A stretch of DNA of 64,000 nt from Octopus vulgaris (GCA_951406725.2 OX597831.1:36270001-36334000); one strand, 5' to 3'; shown: positions 13,390-28,108, counted from the stretch's first letter. Program-made: numbers and translations. Notes: generated by a model not told the origin, from the sequence alone.

Positions 13390-13568
13390 ATTTACAAAAT
13401 AAAAACAAAGGAAAAGACGAAGACAGGTGTGTAAACAACAAAGGATGTATTAGTTTAACGCTCGGGAAGTGAGAAGTTATTTTACGTTTCGAGCCTACGC
13501 TCTTCAACAGAAAGGAACACAGAAATAAACAGAGAGAGAAAATAAAAAGGGTTTAGTGGCTAGCGATA
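13385..13568 (-). mobile_element. Short interspersed pLTR-like repeat with variant hammerhead-like motif
   Basis: Minus strand ttt-CTGTTGAA-GAGC gtag GCTC-GAAA-CG-TA-aaa; homologues at 57733-57882 (+) and probably 63968-64000. Confidence 0.6.
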
Positions 13569-13572
13569 CATA

Positions 13573-13693
13573 TACGACGGTCTTATTTCAGTTTCCGTCT
13601 ACCAAATCCACTCAGAAGGCTTTGGTCGGTCCGCAGCTATATTAGAAGAGACTTGCCGAAGGTACCACGCAGTCGGACTGAACCCGGAACCAT
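13573..13693 (-). mobile_element. SINE family A, partial head
   Basis: CAGTTTCCGTCTACCAAATCCACTCA...GGACTGAACCCGGAACCAT. Confidence 0.8.
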
Positions 13694-14047
13694 ATTTTGA
13701 ATTTAGTCTCTTCGGTAGACCTAGCTGACGAGGACCAATCAGTTTTACTGAACAGTTCAAAACTTGAGTACTAGGTTATCCATTTCTCGGGTTTTCTTCC
13801 TAGAAGTAAGACGATTTTTTTAATATTCGCCGCCCGCACACATCTTTGCCTCTATACATTTGCGAAGCTTTACCTAGCGTGGAACGATTAATGACTGCTA
13901 TTTTCAGCAAAAAAGGGTACATTGCTGTGCCACTATTTCCCATTTATGATTCTACTTTTACGGTGTTTTGTTTCACTGTAAAATAATATTATTGTTTTGA
14001 AATAATATAGAGGTTTATATGTATGTATGTATGTATGTATGTATGCG

Positions 14048-14079
<32 letters not shown>

Positions 14080-14312
14080 TGTATTTATAAATGCAAGTGC
14101 GCACTCACGTTCATAAACACACACGCATGCACTGAGGAATGTCGCTTGATCAAAATAGCTGACTTCTGAACTGAGAAAGAAAACGCATGTGTTTCACTGG
14201 AAGCGGTTACGGTTTGCTGCCCGACCCACAAGACGAGACAAATAACGTCTGCCGAATTACTGTCACTCCAGCTTTGTAAACATTGAATTGCACAACCTTA
14301 AAAACCTTGCAC

Positions 14313-14313
<1 letters not shown>

Positions 14314-14385
<72 letters not shown>

Positions 14386-14464
14386 GTGATGGTTATAATA
14401 ATAATAGATTAATGATAATAATAATAATGATAATAATAATAATAATAATCATAATCAACAGAAA

Positions 14465-14517
<53 letters not shown>

Positions 14518-14641
14518 GTGATGGTTATAATAATAATAGATTAATAATAATAATAATAATGATAATAATAATAATAATCATAATCAAAAGAAAGAATAAT
14601 AATAATAATAATAATAATAGTGATGGTTATAATAATAATAG

Positions 14642-14711
<70 letters not shown>

Positions 14712-14728
14712 GTAATCAACAGAAAGAA
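14314..14728. repeat. (AAT)n microsatellite with ~110-130 bp higher-order triplication
   Basis: GTGATGGTTATAATAATAATAGATTAAT and AATCAACAGAAAGAA interruptions each recur three times. Confidence 0.9.
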
Positions 14729-15461
14729 AAAAGAAATTGTCATTTTAGGCATTTTATCCGTTTCCTGCTACATTGTATGTGCTTGTGCACGTGCGTGTGT
14801 GTTCGTTTCAGTATATAAAAAGAGCAAGAGAAAAAGTTAAACCCAACCATTTTCTTTTTTAGTGTGTCTTATAGTAAAGCAGAGACTTTTAGACATTAAT
14901 CCACATACATTTACTACTTTCACAGTTGTGACATCGTTTCACCTATTTTTGCGTTATTGGCTTTCGTGCACACAAGATTTATTCTTTGCTGTTTTGTTTT
15001 TTTCTTAAAATTTTTATTTTTTAAAATATATCAGCTTAGATGACTTGACTTTTTGTCACGAGGAAACTGAAGAAAAAGCAGGTGGTGTTGGAAAAAAAAT
15101 GAAGAGAAGAAAAAGGAAAAATTCATATAAGAAGAAGAGAAGAAAGAAGAAAAAGGAGAAGAGGAAGAAATATGCGAAAATGTCAGAAGGCACTAGAAAA
15201 GTGAAAAAAAAAGGACAGATCAACAAAGAAAAGCTGGCTGAAAATGCTAAAACTACTCTTTGGCTTTTTCTTCTTATTTCTCAAAGATTTCATCTTAATA
15301 TGATGTTTAAAAACGAATGCAATATTACAACTTGTGATTGGATAAAATTTTCAAAACTTGCTTAAATATTCATGTGTCTTATAGCAATTACCTTTTAGGC
15401 AACTAGAGCAGAGGATCAACTCTCTCGGTCATGAGTTCAAATCCTACCGCTGGTACTCTCT

Positions 15462-15582
15462 CTTTACTCTTTTACTTGTTTCAGTCATGTGACTGCGGCC
15501 ATGCAGGAGCACCGCCTTTATTCGAGCAACTCGACCCCGGGACTTATTCTTTTGTAAGCCCAGTACTTATTCTATCGGTACC
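15462..15582 (-). mobile_element. SINE family A tail fragment
   Basis: TTTTACTTGTTTCAGTCATGTGACTGCGGCCATGCAGGAGCACCGCC...ACTTATTCTATCGG. Confidence 0.8.
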
Positions 15583-15629
15583 TTTATTTTTGTTTCTTTT
15601 CTTCTGTTCAGTGCTGAGAAAACAAGTAA

Positions 15630-15779
15630 TGTGGTAAGAAGCTTGCTTCTCAACCGCATGGTTCCGGGTTCAATCTCACTGGGCAAGTGTCTTGTACTAC
15701 AGTCTCGGGCTGACCAAAGCCTTGTGAGTGAATTTGGTAGACGGAAACTGAAAGAAGCCCGTCGTATATATATGCATAC

Positions 15780-15862
<83 letters not shown>

Positions 15863-16082
15863 TATATGTGTGTCTGTGTATGTCCCCCCATCACCACTTG
15901 ACAACCAGTGTTAGTGTGCTTACGACCCCGTAATTTGCGATTCGGCAAAAGAGACCGATAGAATACAAGTATCAGGCTTAAAAACTAAGTGTTGGGGTCT
16001 CATTCGACTAAGAATTCAAGGCTGTGCCCCAGCATGATCGTAGTCTAATGACTGAAACAAGTAAAAAAATAAAAATAAAAGA
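15630..16082 (+). mobile_element. SINE family A, near full length, internal (TA)n(GA)n
   Basis: TGTGGTAAGAAGCTTGCTT...GGTTCCGGGTTCAATC...GAAGCCCGTCG, then microsatellite, then ...ATGACTGAAACAAGTAAAA. Confidence 0.85.
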
Positions 16083-16184
16083 TTCACAGATTTAAAGTCG
16101 AAATATTTCAAAAGAAGATTTTTTTTGTTTTGTTTTTAAATTTGGCTGTTTGTCTTGTCACAATTCATCAATATTTGTACGAAG

Positions 16185-16411
16185 GGAGCTGGCAGAAACG
16201 TTAGCGCGCCGGGTGAAATGCTAAGCGGTATTTCGTCTGTCGTTACGTTCTGAGTTCAAATTCCCCCGAGGTCGACATTGCCTTTCATCCTTTCGGGGGT
16301 CGATAAATAAAGTACCAGTTACGCACTGGGGTCGATGTAATCGACTTAATCCCTTTGTCTGTCCTTGTTTGTCTCCTCTGTGTTTAGCCCCTTGTGGGTA
16401 GTAAAGAAATA
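16185..16411 (+). mobile_element. tRNA-derived SINE family B with 15 bp TSD
   Basis: GAGCTGGCAGAAACGTTAG...GAGTTCAAATTC...GCCTTTCATCCTTTCGGGGGTCGATAAATAAAGTACCAG (resembles the Meta/Sauria-type central domain); TSD AATATTTGTACGAAG at 16170-16184 and 16412-16426. Confidence 0.9.
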
Positions 16412-16768
16412 AATATTTGTACGAAGAAGTAAAAATAATATATTGCTACAGAAATAAAATATAACCTTCCCAGTTTAGCACAGCTGTGTCACAGTACAGT
16501 GCATCGGTGGATTCGTTTATGCAATATTTCTGACAAAAGTACATGTTGAGTTGATACATAGCTTTTTAATGAAAGAGATATTTTGAGTGTCAGAGTGAGA
16601 GAAGTCAAGTTTCTCGACTAGAGAAATATTAAAAATAGTTTTGAAAATTCAATAAAAAAAACCCATCTAGCTATGAAAATAATATTATAGATCACTGCAG
16701 CGTCACGCATTCGCCTTGTGACAGTACAGTCCATAGAAATGACATACAATGTATTATCACTTGCTCAC

Positions 16769-17046
16769 CTCACATGAATAGGATTTCTGCTACCATATTC
16801 AATATAAGTGCAGCACGCATATATCTTCCTATACAAACAAAACGACCTCCACGACATGCAAACGCAGGTGATTATGCATATGAAAATACGAGTATAAGGC
16901 ACAAAAAGAAAATGACTCTCCCCAGACATAACTGAATATGCTTCAACACACGAACTCATATAAAGAATCATGCAAATCAAATCCAAAAACGAAAATACGA
17001 GTAGATAATAATATATTACGTATGATCGCAGGACACTTTCGTGTTT
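16769..17046 (-). CDS. Candidate internal exon of an unidentified multi-pass membrane protein
   Basis: Acceptor TTTTTCTGCTAG, 278 nt stop-free frame (KHESVLRSYVIYYYLLVFSFLDLICMILYM...FLFVPYTRIFICIITCVCMSW...NPIHV), donor AG|GTGAGC; no recognisable homology. Confidence 0.4.
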
Positions 17047-17404
17047 CTAGCAGAAAAATTTAAATACCGGAAAAAATGTTAAATACCAATAACAATAATA
17101 AAAACAGTTGTGAGTATGTATAATTTGATAACTCTAAGTTTGACTGCATTGTTTGTGCTATCATGCGCTATGTTGCACAACAGACACTTTTGGCATTTGG
17201 CAAAGCAAGAGCGAGTTTTCACAGGAGTGTCGTACGTCTCTGCGTAGGGCTACGCTAAGCAGAAATGTATAAACCGTTTTTGGTTTATTATTGTACGGGA
17301 GTTTATACTTGTTGTTTTGTTAGTCATTCCCTGCTTGGTCCCAATTCTTGTGGTATTGTGTACGACCTTCTGCTTTCGATAGTTGCAAGTTATGCAGTTA
17401 ACGG

Positions 17405-17625
17405 AGTGCTAACGTTTCTTATTTCTTTATTGCCCACAAGGGACTTAAAAGAGAGGGGACAAACAAGGACAGACAAAGGGATCAAGTCGATTACATCGAC
17501 CCCAGTGCGTAACTGGTACTTATTTAATCGACCCCGAAAGGATGAAAGGCAAAGTCGACCTCGCAGGAATTTGAACTCAGAGCGTAGCGGCAGATGAAAT
17601 ACCATTAAGCATTCAGCCAGTTCGC
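17405..17625 (-). mobile_element. SINE family B
   Basis: Reverse complement of the 16185 copy (CGACCCCGAAAGGATGAAAGGCAAAGTCGACCTCG...TTTGAACTCAG). Confidence 0.85.
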
Positions 17626-17703
17626 CGGGGTGGGTATGTTTCTGTTCACTTATATGTAGGGCTGTATGCAATACGTCCTCAGTATATAATGTCTGACAAG
17701 CAG

Positions 17704-17796
<93 letters not shown>

Positions 17797-17959
17797 TACA
17801 CACACACGTGCATGTATCTATGTGTATGTTTACAAGTTGTGAATAAATTTACATACGTTTAGTAAACCTACATTCAAGACCCACAAGGTTTCGGGACCTG
17901 GTGAGTAGAATAGTAACCAGATCCTTCTCGTATTATATCGTACTCGGTGAACGCCTCTG

Positions 17960-18112
17960 ACCTTACGTTCTGAGTTCAAATTCTGTCGAGGTAGACGTTG
18001 CCTTTCATCATTTAGGGGTCGATAAAATAAGAACCAGCAAAGTACTGGGGCTGATGGTAATCGAGTAACCCACCTTCTCCCAAGTTTCTGGCCTTGTGCC
18101 AAAATTTGAAAT
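17960..18112 (+). mobile_element. SINE family B, partial
   Basis: TTACGTTCTGAGTTCAAATTCTGTCGAGG...GCCTTTCATCATTTAGGGGTCGATAAAATAAG...TGTGCCAAAATTTGAAA. Confidence 0.8.
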
Positions 18113-18317
18113 CAGTCTATGAATTACGAAATGAAGTCTCAGTTTTTATAAGAGGGATATCTGAAACGAGTGCAACTGAAAGCCGAGCTTAGATCCTATA
18201 CATGGAGTTCAGCAGTTTCATTAAGAGAAGAATTTTCGATATGTCCATGGTGGTAGTTTTGAACTGAAAATATTTACGAGCATCTTTTCAATGAAACCAG
18301 AACTTGATAGCTCTCTA

Positions 18318-18559
18318 TTTTACTTGTTTCAGTCATTTGACTGTAAACCATGCTGGAGCACCGCCTTTAGTCAATCGAGCAAAGCGGGCCCATGACTTAT
18401 TCTTTGTAAGCCTAGTACTTATTCTATCGGTCTCTTTTGCCGAACCGCTAACTTACGGGGACGTAAACACACCGGTATCGGTTGTCAAGCGTTGTTGTTG
18501 TTGGGGGGGGGGACACAGACACACAAACACATACACATACATACGTACACACACACATG

Positions 18560-18597
<38 letters not shown>

Positions 18598-18745
18598 CAT
18601 ATATACGACGGGCTTCTTTCAATTTCCGTCTACCAAATCCACTGACTATAGTAGAAGACACTTGCCCAAGGTGCCACGCAGTGGGACTGAACCCGGATCA
18701 CGTGGTTCGTAAGCAAGCTACTTACCACACAGCCACTCCTACGCA
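18318..18745 (-). mobile_element. SINE family A, full length with internal microsatellite
   Basis: Tail, (CA/TA)n and head all present, ending CACAGCCACTCCTACGC. Confidence 0.9.
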
Positions 18746-18859
18746 TATATAAGATAATTTTAATTTGATAATGTAAAAAGTAATAAATAATAAATAAAAC
18801 AAAGAGAGTGAGAGAGCGGGGAGAGAGTGAGAGAGCGGGGAGAGAGAGAGAGAGAGAAA

Positions 18860-18902
<43 letters not shown>

Positions 18903-19435
18903 GGGCAAAACGTACCAGCGAAAACTAGAGTACCACAACATATTGGTAGTCTGCAATGGGAAAATCAATTAGATAAGTTCAGGTGCTCTGAGGAATGAGA
19001 TATTAATTGACCCTACCTCACTGCATTTATTAATGCTGTAAGGTGAGACTGTCTATCATCTACACGTTAATGTTGCGTTACTGCCCCATATGATATTGGC
19101 GCTAGTTATCTTGAAAAGCGTAAATTTCTAAAAGTACTTTACAAATACGTTGACATATACACAGATACAAATACTATATGCAAGCAAGATAAAGGGAAAG
19201 ATATCAGCAATTGTCCACATAAAACGCCTCTAATTTGTTAAGAATAGGTCAAACGTAACTTACTGATAAAGCGCGCCCACATGAGCGAGTAGAAAAACAA
19301 GAGTATATAGAAGAATGAAAGTAGATAAAGAAAATCTCTTGTGGCAATTACAGCAAAGTGCAACGGCAGATTTTTCTGTTAGTTCGTGACCAGAAAGATT
19401 AGTTGCGTGATTACTTTCCTCAAGGTAAATAAGGG

Positions 19436-19634
<199 letters not shown>

Positions 19635-22442
19635 ATGTATATATATGAAAAAGAAAACTGCTACATCTCATCTGTCATATAGATTTATTCATCTCATCTT
19701 TGCAAATAACGTACTTACAATTAAAAAAAGAAAGATGCAACACGAAAACAATGCTAAAATACAATCTCTGAAAGTCATCTTTATTATTATTATTTTTTTT
19801 TTTGCATAGAAGCCTTCAAGGAAGTTAATTTAAACTTTTAAACGAAATTACATCAATTCTCTCCTTTAACGTGAGTTTCCATTAATACAAGTAGTCAGGA
19901 ATAATATCAACAATTGATCTAAATGATCTTGAATAATCATAAAATATAACGAAATAAAAGCACCAAGTTAAATAAACGTTCAAACGGTGGTGTTTAATAA
20001 TCTCTGGAGATCTGTGATGTTGTATTAACTTTCGATGTTCTAATACACATTTTTTTTAGACAATTTGTTAAAGACACTTCGAATTGGATGACATGCTAAA
20101 AAGAAAAAAAAGAATTTCATCTCACGAACTGAATTCAATAACCTCTCATCAATCAATCGAAGATTTTTGACTCATATAGTATTAGGTGATTTGGTTTAGA
20201 TGCTGATTTTATTTTCAGAAAAAAAAATGTTAACGTGGATAACATTAAGCTAAGAAGGTTTCAGCGTAGAGACTTGTCGTGAAGTTTACCGATAAGAAAA
20301 GAAGATAGTGCAACGTGTATGGCTTTCTGAACAGCATTTGTTTTTTGACACGCAAAGCCGGCCAGTGAAATAACTAGTTCCAAACGAAATCGGCAGCCCA
20401 ATATCTAAGCTCAACACCTTGGATAACGTATCATATCATAGATTATTTGGGCTTTCCGTGTATGAAAAAATCGATTTTAACCCTTTAAACCTTAAATCGT
20501 CACGTTAGTATAGCGTTCGACATAAGTGTTTTTGTTTCTGTAAATCTTATCTGTTCTTTGACTAGTTAAGCGGTACAATGATTCCAGCCTGCTTCTCAGG
20601 ACACCTCGACATGCAAAAGATGTGATATGATAAAACCAATCTTTAACCGAAAATAGGATTTCTTCTCTACTCGGTCAAAGCGACATATGTTTGAGATATA
20701 TTTTAAAAGGCTGACATGTATTACCATCCCAATGTGCATCTTTATTGAATTACTAGGAATACATTTAAACAGGCGCACATGTATACATCCGCACATATAC
20801 ATAAAAATATACATGCGGTCTTTTATTAAATCAATCAAATACGCTGATACAGACACGTACACATAAACAGTAAAAATTTCCATTGAATATAAGAACAGTC
20901 AAGCACGACAGCAAGAGTGGATTATATTTTCCTATCTATATTTTAATCTAATTGGTAGAAATATAATTATCTTTATTTATAATCCCGCAATCAGTCTTTC
21001 TTAGAATTGATTCTGGATTCTAGTACGATATATGTTGCCTTCAGTAAATATTTTTAACCTTCGATATATAACATTTATAATAAAATCAGAGACCTGGACT
21101 CAATGCTTGTAACAAAATGGACTTCTGAAAACTATCAAAAAGAAAAGCTGTGGTATTAATCAGACGTCAGATTAGATTTACCACTCAGAAACAAGCACTG
21201 CGTTTTACAATTCTTATATTTCTGATATGTGGAACCTACTATAATAATACTCTCGTGTTTTTCTCCGTCACAACATATGCATGAGAAAGGAAAGAGAGAT
21301 AGATGAATAAGGAAAGGGGTAATGGCAAACTGATAGTGGGAACGTTTCAACTTTGAGTAAGTATGTGTGGGTATGTAAAAGGGAGGTTTGTGACTGTTTG
21401 TGTGTGTGTGTGTGTGCAATGGAGGTGGGATGGAGAGCATTCAACGCTGAAAAGAAAAATCAAAGAGCGTTTCAACTCTGTGTGAGTGCATGAGGGTATG
21501 TGAATGTCTGTATGTGAACCAGCTTTCTTTCATTATTAAATGATCGATGCCACATCTCAAAAGACAACCACTTGATAACATTGACACGTGTATTAATTTG
21601 ATTTCCCATCCATATTTATATATAAAATACTACTATTAGTCGTCATTTCTGACGGCACGGGACCAGTCGGAGTGATGACCTCCTCTTGATTGTTGCTTCC
21701 AGTATATATCGACTGTGTACGTTTTTTTTTTCAGGTGTCATGTGAGTCAGTTTAGAACTCAGGAACTCTTCGTGACTGCACTGTATTTCAGTGCCTTTAT
21801 CCACTACGCCACGTTCGTAGGCTGTTTTAGATTGAATTTTTAAGGCTGATAAACTCCCATTGATGTCTTAGGCCGGCTCAATACCGATCAGTTTCGTCAT
21901 CAAAAATTTAGCTCACGAAGTCTGGAACTCCTCCCACGGCTTTGACAGAAATAACTGCTTCGAGTTAATAAACGACAGGCCGTAAACTGGGACGATTAAG
22001 AATCGAGAGAGAGAGAGAGGTGGGGTGATTTCATTATTTTAAGTATTCGTCATACTTTTCCGTGTCATTAGAAACTTTCGACAGCTTGTATAGTAAGTTG
22101 ACTGTTTTATAAGACTACGTTCATAAATTCTATTGTATTTCTTACTCCATTTCCAATATCAGTGGATTTCAGTACTCAGGAAGACAAATGATGCAATGCT
22201 ATGTGAATCACTAAATTAAATATTCTAAGAGATTCTCCTGAAAACTAGTAGTGAGAATTAGGAATATAATTTAAATGAAATTTGCATTTTACTTAGAAAT
22301 CAACATCAAGACCAGAATAGATTGCTGATATTAAGTAACTCATGCAAATTCGGCGTTATTCATGATTGGTGAAAATTTGAATTGGCTCAACTTAGCGCTG
22401 GCACCGAAAACTTAGTGCATATTTCTGCCTTTCTTTTCTTTC

Positions 22443-22613
22443 TTACCTTTTACTTCTTTCAGCCATTAGATGGCAGCCATGTTGGAGCAACGCCTTGAAA
22501 AGTTTTTAGTCGAGCGAATCGTCATCGGTACTTTTTAAAGCTGGTACTTATTATCTCGGTCTATGTTACGAGGACGTAAACAAACTAAACCGGTCGTTAA
22601 GCGTGTGTATGTG

Positions 22614-22645
<32 letters not shown>

Positions 22646-22647
22646 TG

Positions 22648-22678
<31 letters not shown>

Positions 22679-23015
22679 CAGAATAAACTAGTGAGGGATT
22701 ATCAGTTGAGTAATCCTATCAGTAACGTACCTATAATGACTACTGGAAACGGCTGTAAGCCATATTTACTCCAATAAAGGAATCATATGTAATGACCATT
22801 AATTCAAACTTGTTTCTTATTTGTATGTCTGTATACACACACTCACTTGCGTATACACGATGGGTTTCTCCTAGCTTTCGTCTACCAAATTCAATCACAA
22901 GGCTTTGGTCGGACTGAGGCCAAAGTAGAAAACACTTGCCCGAGGTGTCACGCAGAGTGACTGAACCCGTACCCATGTGGTTGGAAAGCAAGCTTCTCAC
23001 CCCAGAGCCACGCCT
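22443..23015 (-). mobile_element. Diverged SINE family A with ~155 bp insert in its (TATG)n tract
   Basis: Tail 22443-22603, (TATG)n, unrelated insert at about 22677-22832, head 22856-23015. Confidence 0.75.
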
Positions 23016-23328
23016 GATTAGATGTTCACTTCACAATTACAAATATCTGGATTTGATCCACTCGTGCAACTAGCTTAAGCAAGTGTCTTATGCCACAACC
23101 TTGTGTTCCAAGTTTAATTGGGTAGATGAAACATGTATCATAACCCAGGGTGTAGGTTGTAATCGTGGTGTAAAAAGCCAGTCTTGTTGCACAGATGCCA
23201 ATGGGAAATTACGGGTTCACATACCTATAGAATGTTCAACAATTTACACGCTAAACGTGATGTAGAGATAGTCCAATCGAACAAGTGAATACTCTGCGTC
23301 GAAATCGACGGAAATCCAGTTTACTTTC

Positions 23329-23985
23329 AAATTTTGGAACAAGGCCAGTAATTTCAGAGGCATGGTTAAATCGTGTTACACCGACTCCAGTGCTCAGTTG
23401 GTACTTATTTCATTGACCCCGAAAAAATGAAAGGCAAATTCGACTTCGGTGAAATTTGAACTCAGAACCTAAATACGGACGCAATCCCGCTAAGCGTTTT
23501 GCACTGTATGTTAACGATTCTGCCACCTCGCCACCTGTATTTACTTTATTCTTTTCTACTCTAGGCACAAGACCCGAAATTTTGAGGGAAGGGGCCAGTC
23601 GAGTAGATCGACCCCAGTAGGCAACTGGTATTTAATTTGTCGATCCCGAAAGGGTTAAAGGCGAAGTCAACCTCGGCGGAATTTGAACTCAGGACATAAC
23701 GGCAGACGAAATACGGCTACGCATTTCGCCCGGCGCGCTAACGTTTCTGCCAGCTCGCCACCTGCATTTATATTATTCTTTTCTACTCTAAGCGCAAAAC
23801 ACGAAATTTTGGGGGAAGGGACCAGTCGATTAGATCGATCCCAGTAGGTAACTGGTATTTAATTTGTCGATCCCGAAAGGATTAAATACAAAGACGACGT
23901 CGGCGGAATTTGAACTCAGTACGAAAGTACGGATGAAACTCCGCAAAAGTATTTTGCACGGCGTGTTAACGATTCTGCCACCTGT
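23329..23985 (-). mobile_element. Three head-to-tail SINE family B copies
   Basis: Units at about 23329-23535, 23553-23762 and 23779-23985, each with CCCGAAA..G..AAA..C...CGG.G.AATTTGAACTCAG. Confidence 0.85.
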
Positions 23986-24589
23986 TTTTATTATTAACAG
24001 AGCGAAAATTACATGGAACATTATTAAATATATCTACAGTAAGTGGTTTGGATGTTTTAAAATCAGAAGTGAATCAACCATCGGTACAACAACATGCCAT
24101 TGACATGACGTTGGCATGTGCTGCAAGAAATGTGTGAAGATGCAGATTAAATGTAGGATTTCATATGAATATAGAAATGTCAATTCACTTGAAAGACTGT
24201 CGTTAAGAATGCTGTCAGTCACTTCAAACAGTGATTAATGTCAGTTCAAAATTGTAAGGCTCTTTCTTCCATTACAGCAAACCTACTCAGTTATATATGG
24301 TTTCGCTTTTTCGTGACGGAGTAGTGAGATGATGTGGGAGTCGAATATTCGTATTCTTGTCTATTTTTGTTTTGTTTGTTTTTAATTTTGACACCTAATA
24401 AGACCGGAATAACTCGAAACCAACGGTGACACACGAATTGAAAACGTCTTTGAAATTGCTTGAAAAATGGGCACTTAGTAGAAGGGTATTTTGATCGTTG
24501 TCGCTTCAAGTTGCTTATGCATAGCAATAAAGAAAAAAATGTTATATAAACAACCTCTACAACTCCTTCGTCACATGTGAATCTATTTG

Positions 24590-24701
<112 letters not shown>

Positions 24702-24830
24702 CAATATATATATGGCAATATATATATATATGTGTGGGTGTGTGTGTGTATGTGTATGTGTGTGCGTGTGTGTATCCATGCACGAATACATGGATATATA
24801 TGTATGTATTTGTCCAAGCGTATATATACG

Positions 24831-24867
<37 letters not shown>

Positions 24868-25665
24868 TCACACATGCATACTTACATACCAACAGACAGC
24901 GAGTAAAGGGAATCTGCTTGCATGTACACACATTACGTATTAAAATACTTACAGCAACAGTTCTTGTTATACACACCTCAAATGGCGCCAGAAACGGCGA
25001 TAACGATCAGCAAAAACATACAGACTTCTGTGTCGAAATCGAAATATGTACAATGAATTTACGTCTATGGTAAAATGAGAAAGTAACATCTCATAAAAAG
25101 AGAAACAAAGACAGAAAGATGGGGGAGAGAACTGGCAGGAGTAGAGAGGCTGAGAGAAGGGTAGAGAGACAGAGAGTGAATGAGTAGAACAAGGAAAAGG
25201 AGAAAAATGTTCCCATCGAGGGCATTTTGTATTGAATACCGATTGTAAGCTATAAAACCTTTTCAGCTGTCAATGGTAAGCCACAGAATTCGTATAAGCA
25301 TTGTTGTTTCGGAATATTTATTGAACAAAAATGATTTTCCCGTACGGGACCCCGGTATGAATAGTGGGCCGAAGAAAGCAGAATACGGATCGGTATAAAA
25401 CGTATAAATACGCACGTGCATACTCACAAACACATACATACATACATACATACATACATACACGCGCACGCACACACATAGACATCGTCCACACACAAAC
25501 ACACACTCAGAGACACAGACACACACACACAGACACACAGACACACACTCATTCACTCACTCACTCACACACACACATATACACGTATATATGTATATTT
25601 AAATATATACTCACACATATATCTTCATACATATCTATCTATATATCTATATACATCTCTTTCTT

Positions 25666-25719
<54 letters not shown>

Positions 25720-25839
25720 CAGATATATATATATATATATATACATACACACACGCATATATACACATATTTATGTGTGTGTATAAGCATATGTATTATA
25801 TGTGTGTATGTATGAACATATGTATTACATGTCTGCGTA

Positions 25840-25954
<115 letters not shown>

Positions 25955-26629
25955 ATACACACATATATATATCTTCACATTAATGTACACACGCACACAC
26001 CCACGCGGACACACACACATGTATATATGTATGTATATATATATACACATACACACAGGCACACATACATATACATCTATTTGAATGTGTTGTAATCACT
26101 TTTCACACAGCCGATATAGTAGCCATTCGGACCGGGAGGACTTTCACCATTATTTAGTCTGATTCCAGCTTTTATTTGTTGTACTTTTATTTTATTTTTA
26201 CTTTATTTTTCCTATTATCATCTAGAATGTTCCGAAAAGATTTTCATTTTACTCCAGAGAATAATATTCTATAGGTTGTGTGCGTATCTGAGCGTGTAGG
26301 CTAAATGCCCAGGTAAATATACAACTGTGAACTTTTGCAGTAGATTTTGTCAAAAACAATCTATTCGCACCACTCACTCATTCATTTTTCTTTTCAATTT
26401 GTCTTTCTCTTTCGCTCTTTGTCTGTCTGTCTGTCTGTCCATATGTCTGTTTGTCGGTCTCTCCTCCCCATCTCTCTCTCTTTCTTCCTCTTTACTGCTT
26501 CTCTCTCATTGTTTTTTTTTTATTTTGTTTTGTTTTCCTTCTTGTGTGTTGCTAACATTTCCGCTGTTTGTTAATTCATTTTTTTTATAATGTCCAATAT
26601 TTGAGATGCATTATTTAAAGGACAATACC

Positions 26630-26676
26630 TACTACTACTACTACAACTTCTACTATTACTACTGCTGCTGCTGCTG

Positions 26677-26724
<48 letters not shown>

Positions 26725-26725
26725 T

Positions 26726-26756
<31 letters not shown>

Positions 26757-26823
26757 GCTGCTGCTGCCACTACTACTATTACTACTACTACTACTACTAA
26801 TATTACTACTACTATTACTACTG

Positions 26824-26858
<35 letters not shown>

Positions 26859-26859
26859 G

Positions 26860-26915
<56 letters not shown>

Positions 26916-27243
26916 GCTGCTGCTGATGCTGCTGCCAACACTACCACTGCCAATAACAACAACAACAGCATCATCAGCAAAAAGGGCGATAGTGACAATG
27001 CTCGTTTACAAGAATCTAACAAACAATATATAATGTCGACTGACAATTTCAAGAAGAACAACGACAATAACAACAACAACAACAACTACAACTACAACAG
27101 CAGAAAAATAAATCAACATTAACAATACCAACAACATCGACGACAATCGCAACGGTAATACCGACAATGATAATGTAGACAAGAATACGACCAGCCACCA
27201 CTACCACCAACACCCCCTCCCACTACTACTACTACTACTACTA

Positions 27244-27282
<39 letters not shown>

Positions 27283-27327
27283 ACAACAACAACAACAAAA
27301 TCAGCACCACCACCACCATCACCACTG

Positions 27328-27424
<97 letters not shown>

Positions 27425-27425
27425 C

Positions 27426-27501
<76 letters not shown>

Positions 27502-27530
27502 ACAACAAAACAACAACAACAACAAAATCA
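26630..27530. repeat. (ACT)n/(ACC)n/(AAC)n trinucleotide cluster
   Basis: Long CTA runs interrupted by CTG, CCA and CAA. Confidence 0.95.
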
Positions 27531-27946
27531 GCAACAAATACAAGAATATTTTGTCAGATTCGAGAAGAACAATGACTGCAGCGCCACCAGCACCATCCTT
27601 CTTCACTGGTGACAATGCTACTTTCATAGGATTTACATAACTCAATATTCGCTTGCTATTCCATGACTGTTTCGTATACTATATTTTTGTTTGTTTGTTT
27701 GTTTTTTCGTTTAAATTCTTACATATTCACTGCGGAGTTTGCTGCATACAAATGCACAAATGCTCACGCCTACATAGAGACAACACAGACACAGACACAG
27801 ACATACGAATATAGAAACATATACATAGATATACATGTGAACAACTATGCGTGTATGCACACACACACACATATATATAAATATATATATAAATAAATAC
27901 GTACAAATATAAGTATACTTTGTATACCTGCATAAATATAAATATT

Positions 27947-27981
<35 letters not shown>

Positions 27982-28054
27982 ATATATATACATACATATA
28001 TATAAATATATATATATATATACATATAAATACATGTATATGTGTATATATAAA

Positions 28055-28108
<54 letters not shown>

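Noticed and set aside
13724-13750. CTGACGAG as a hammerhead start (also CTGAAGA at 30724 and 57312)
   Set aside because: No matching stem II, GAAA and stem I' in register.
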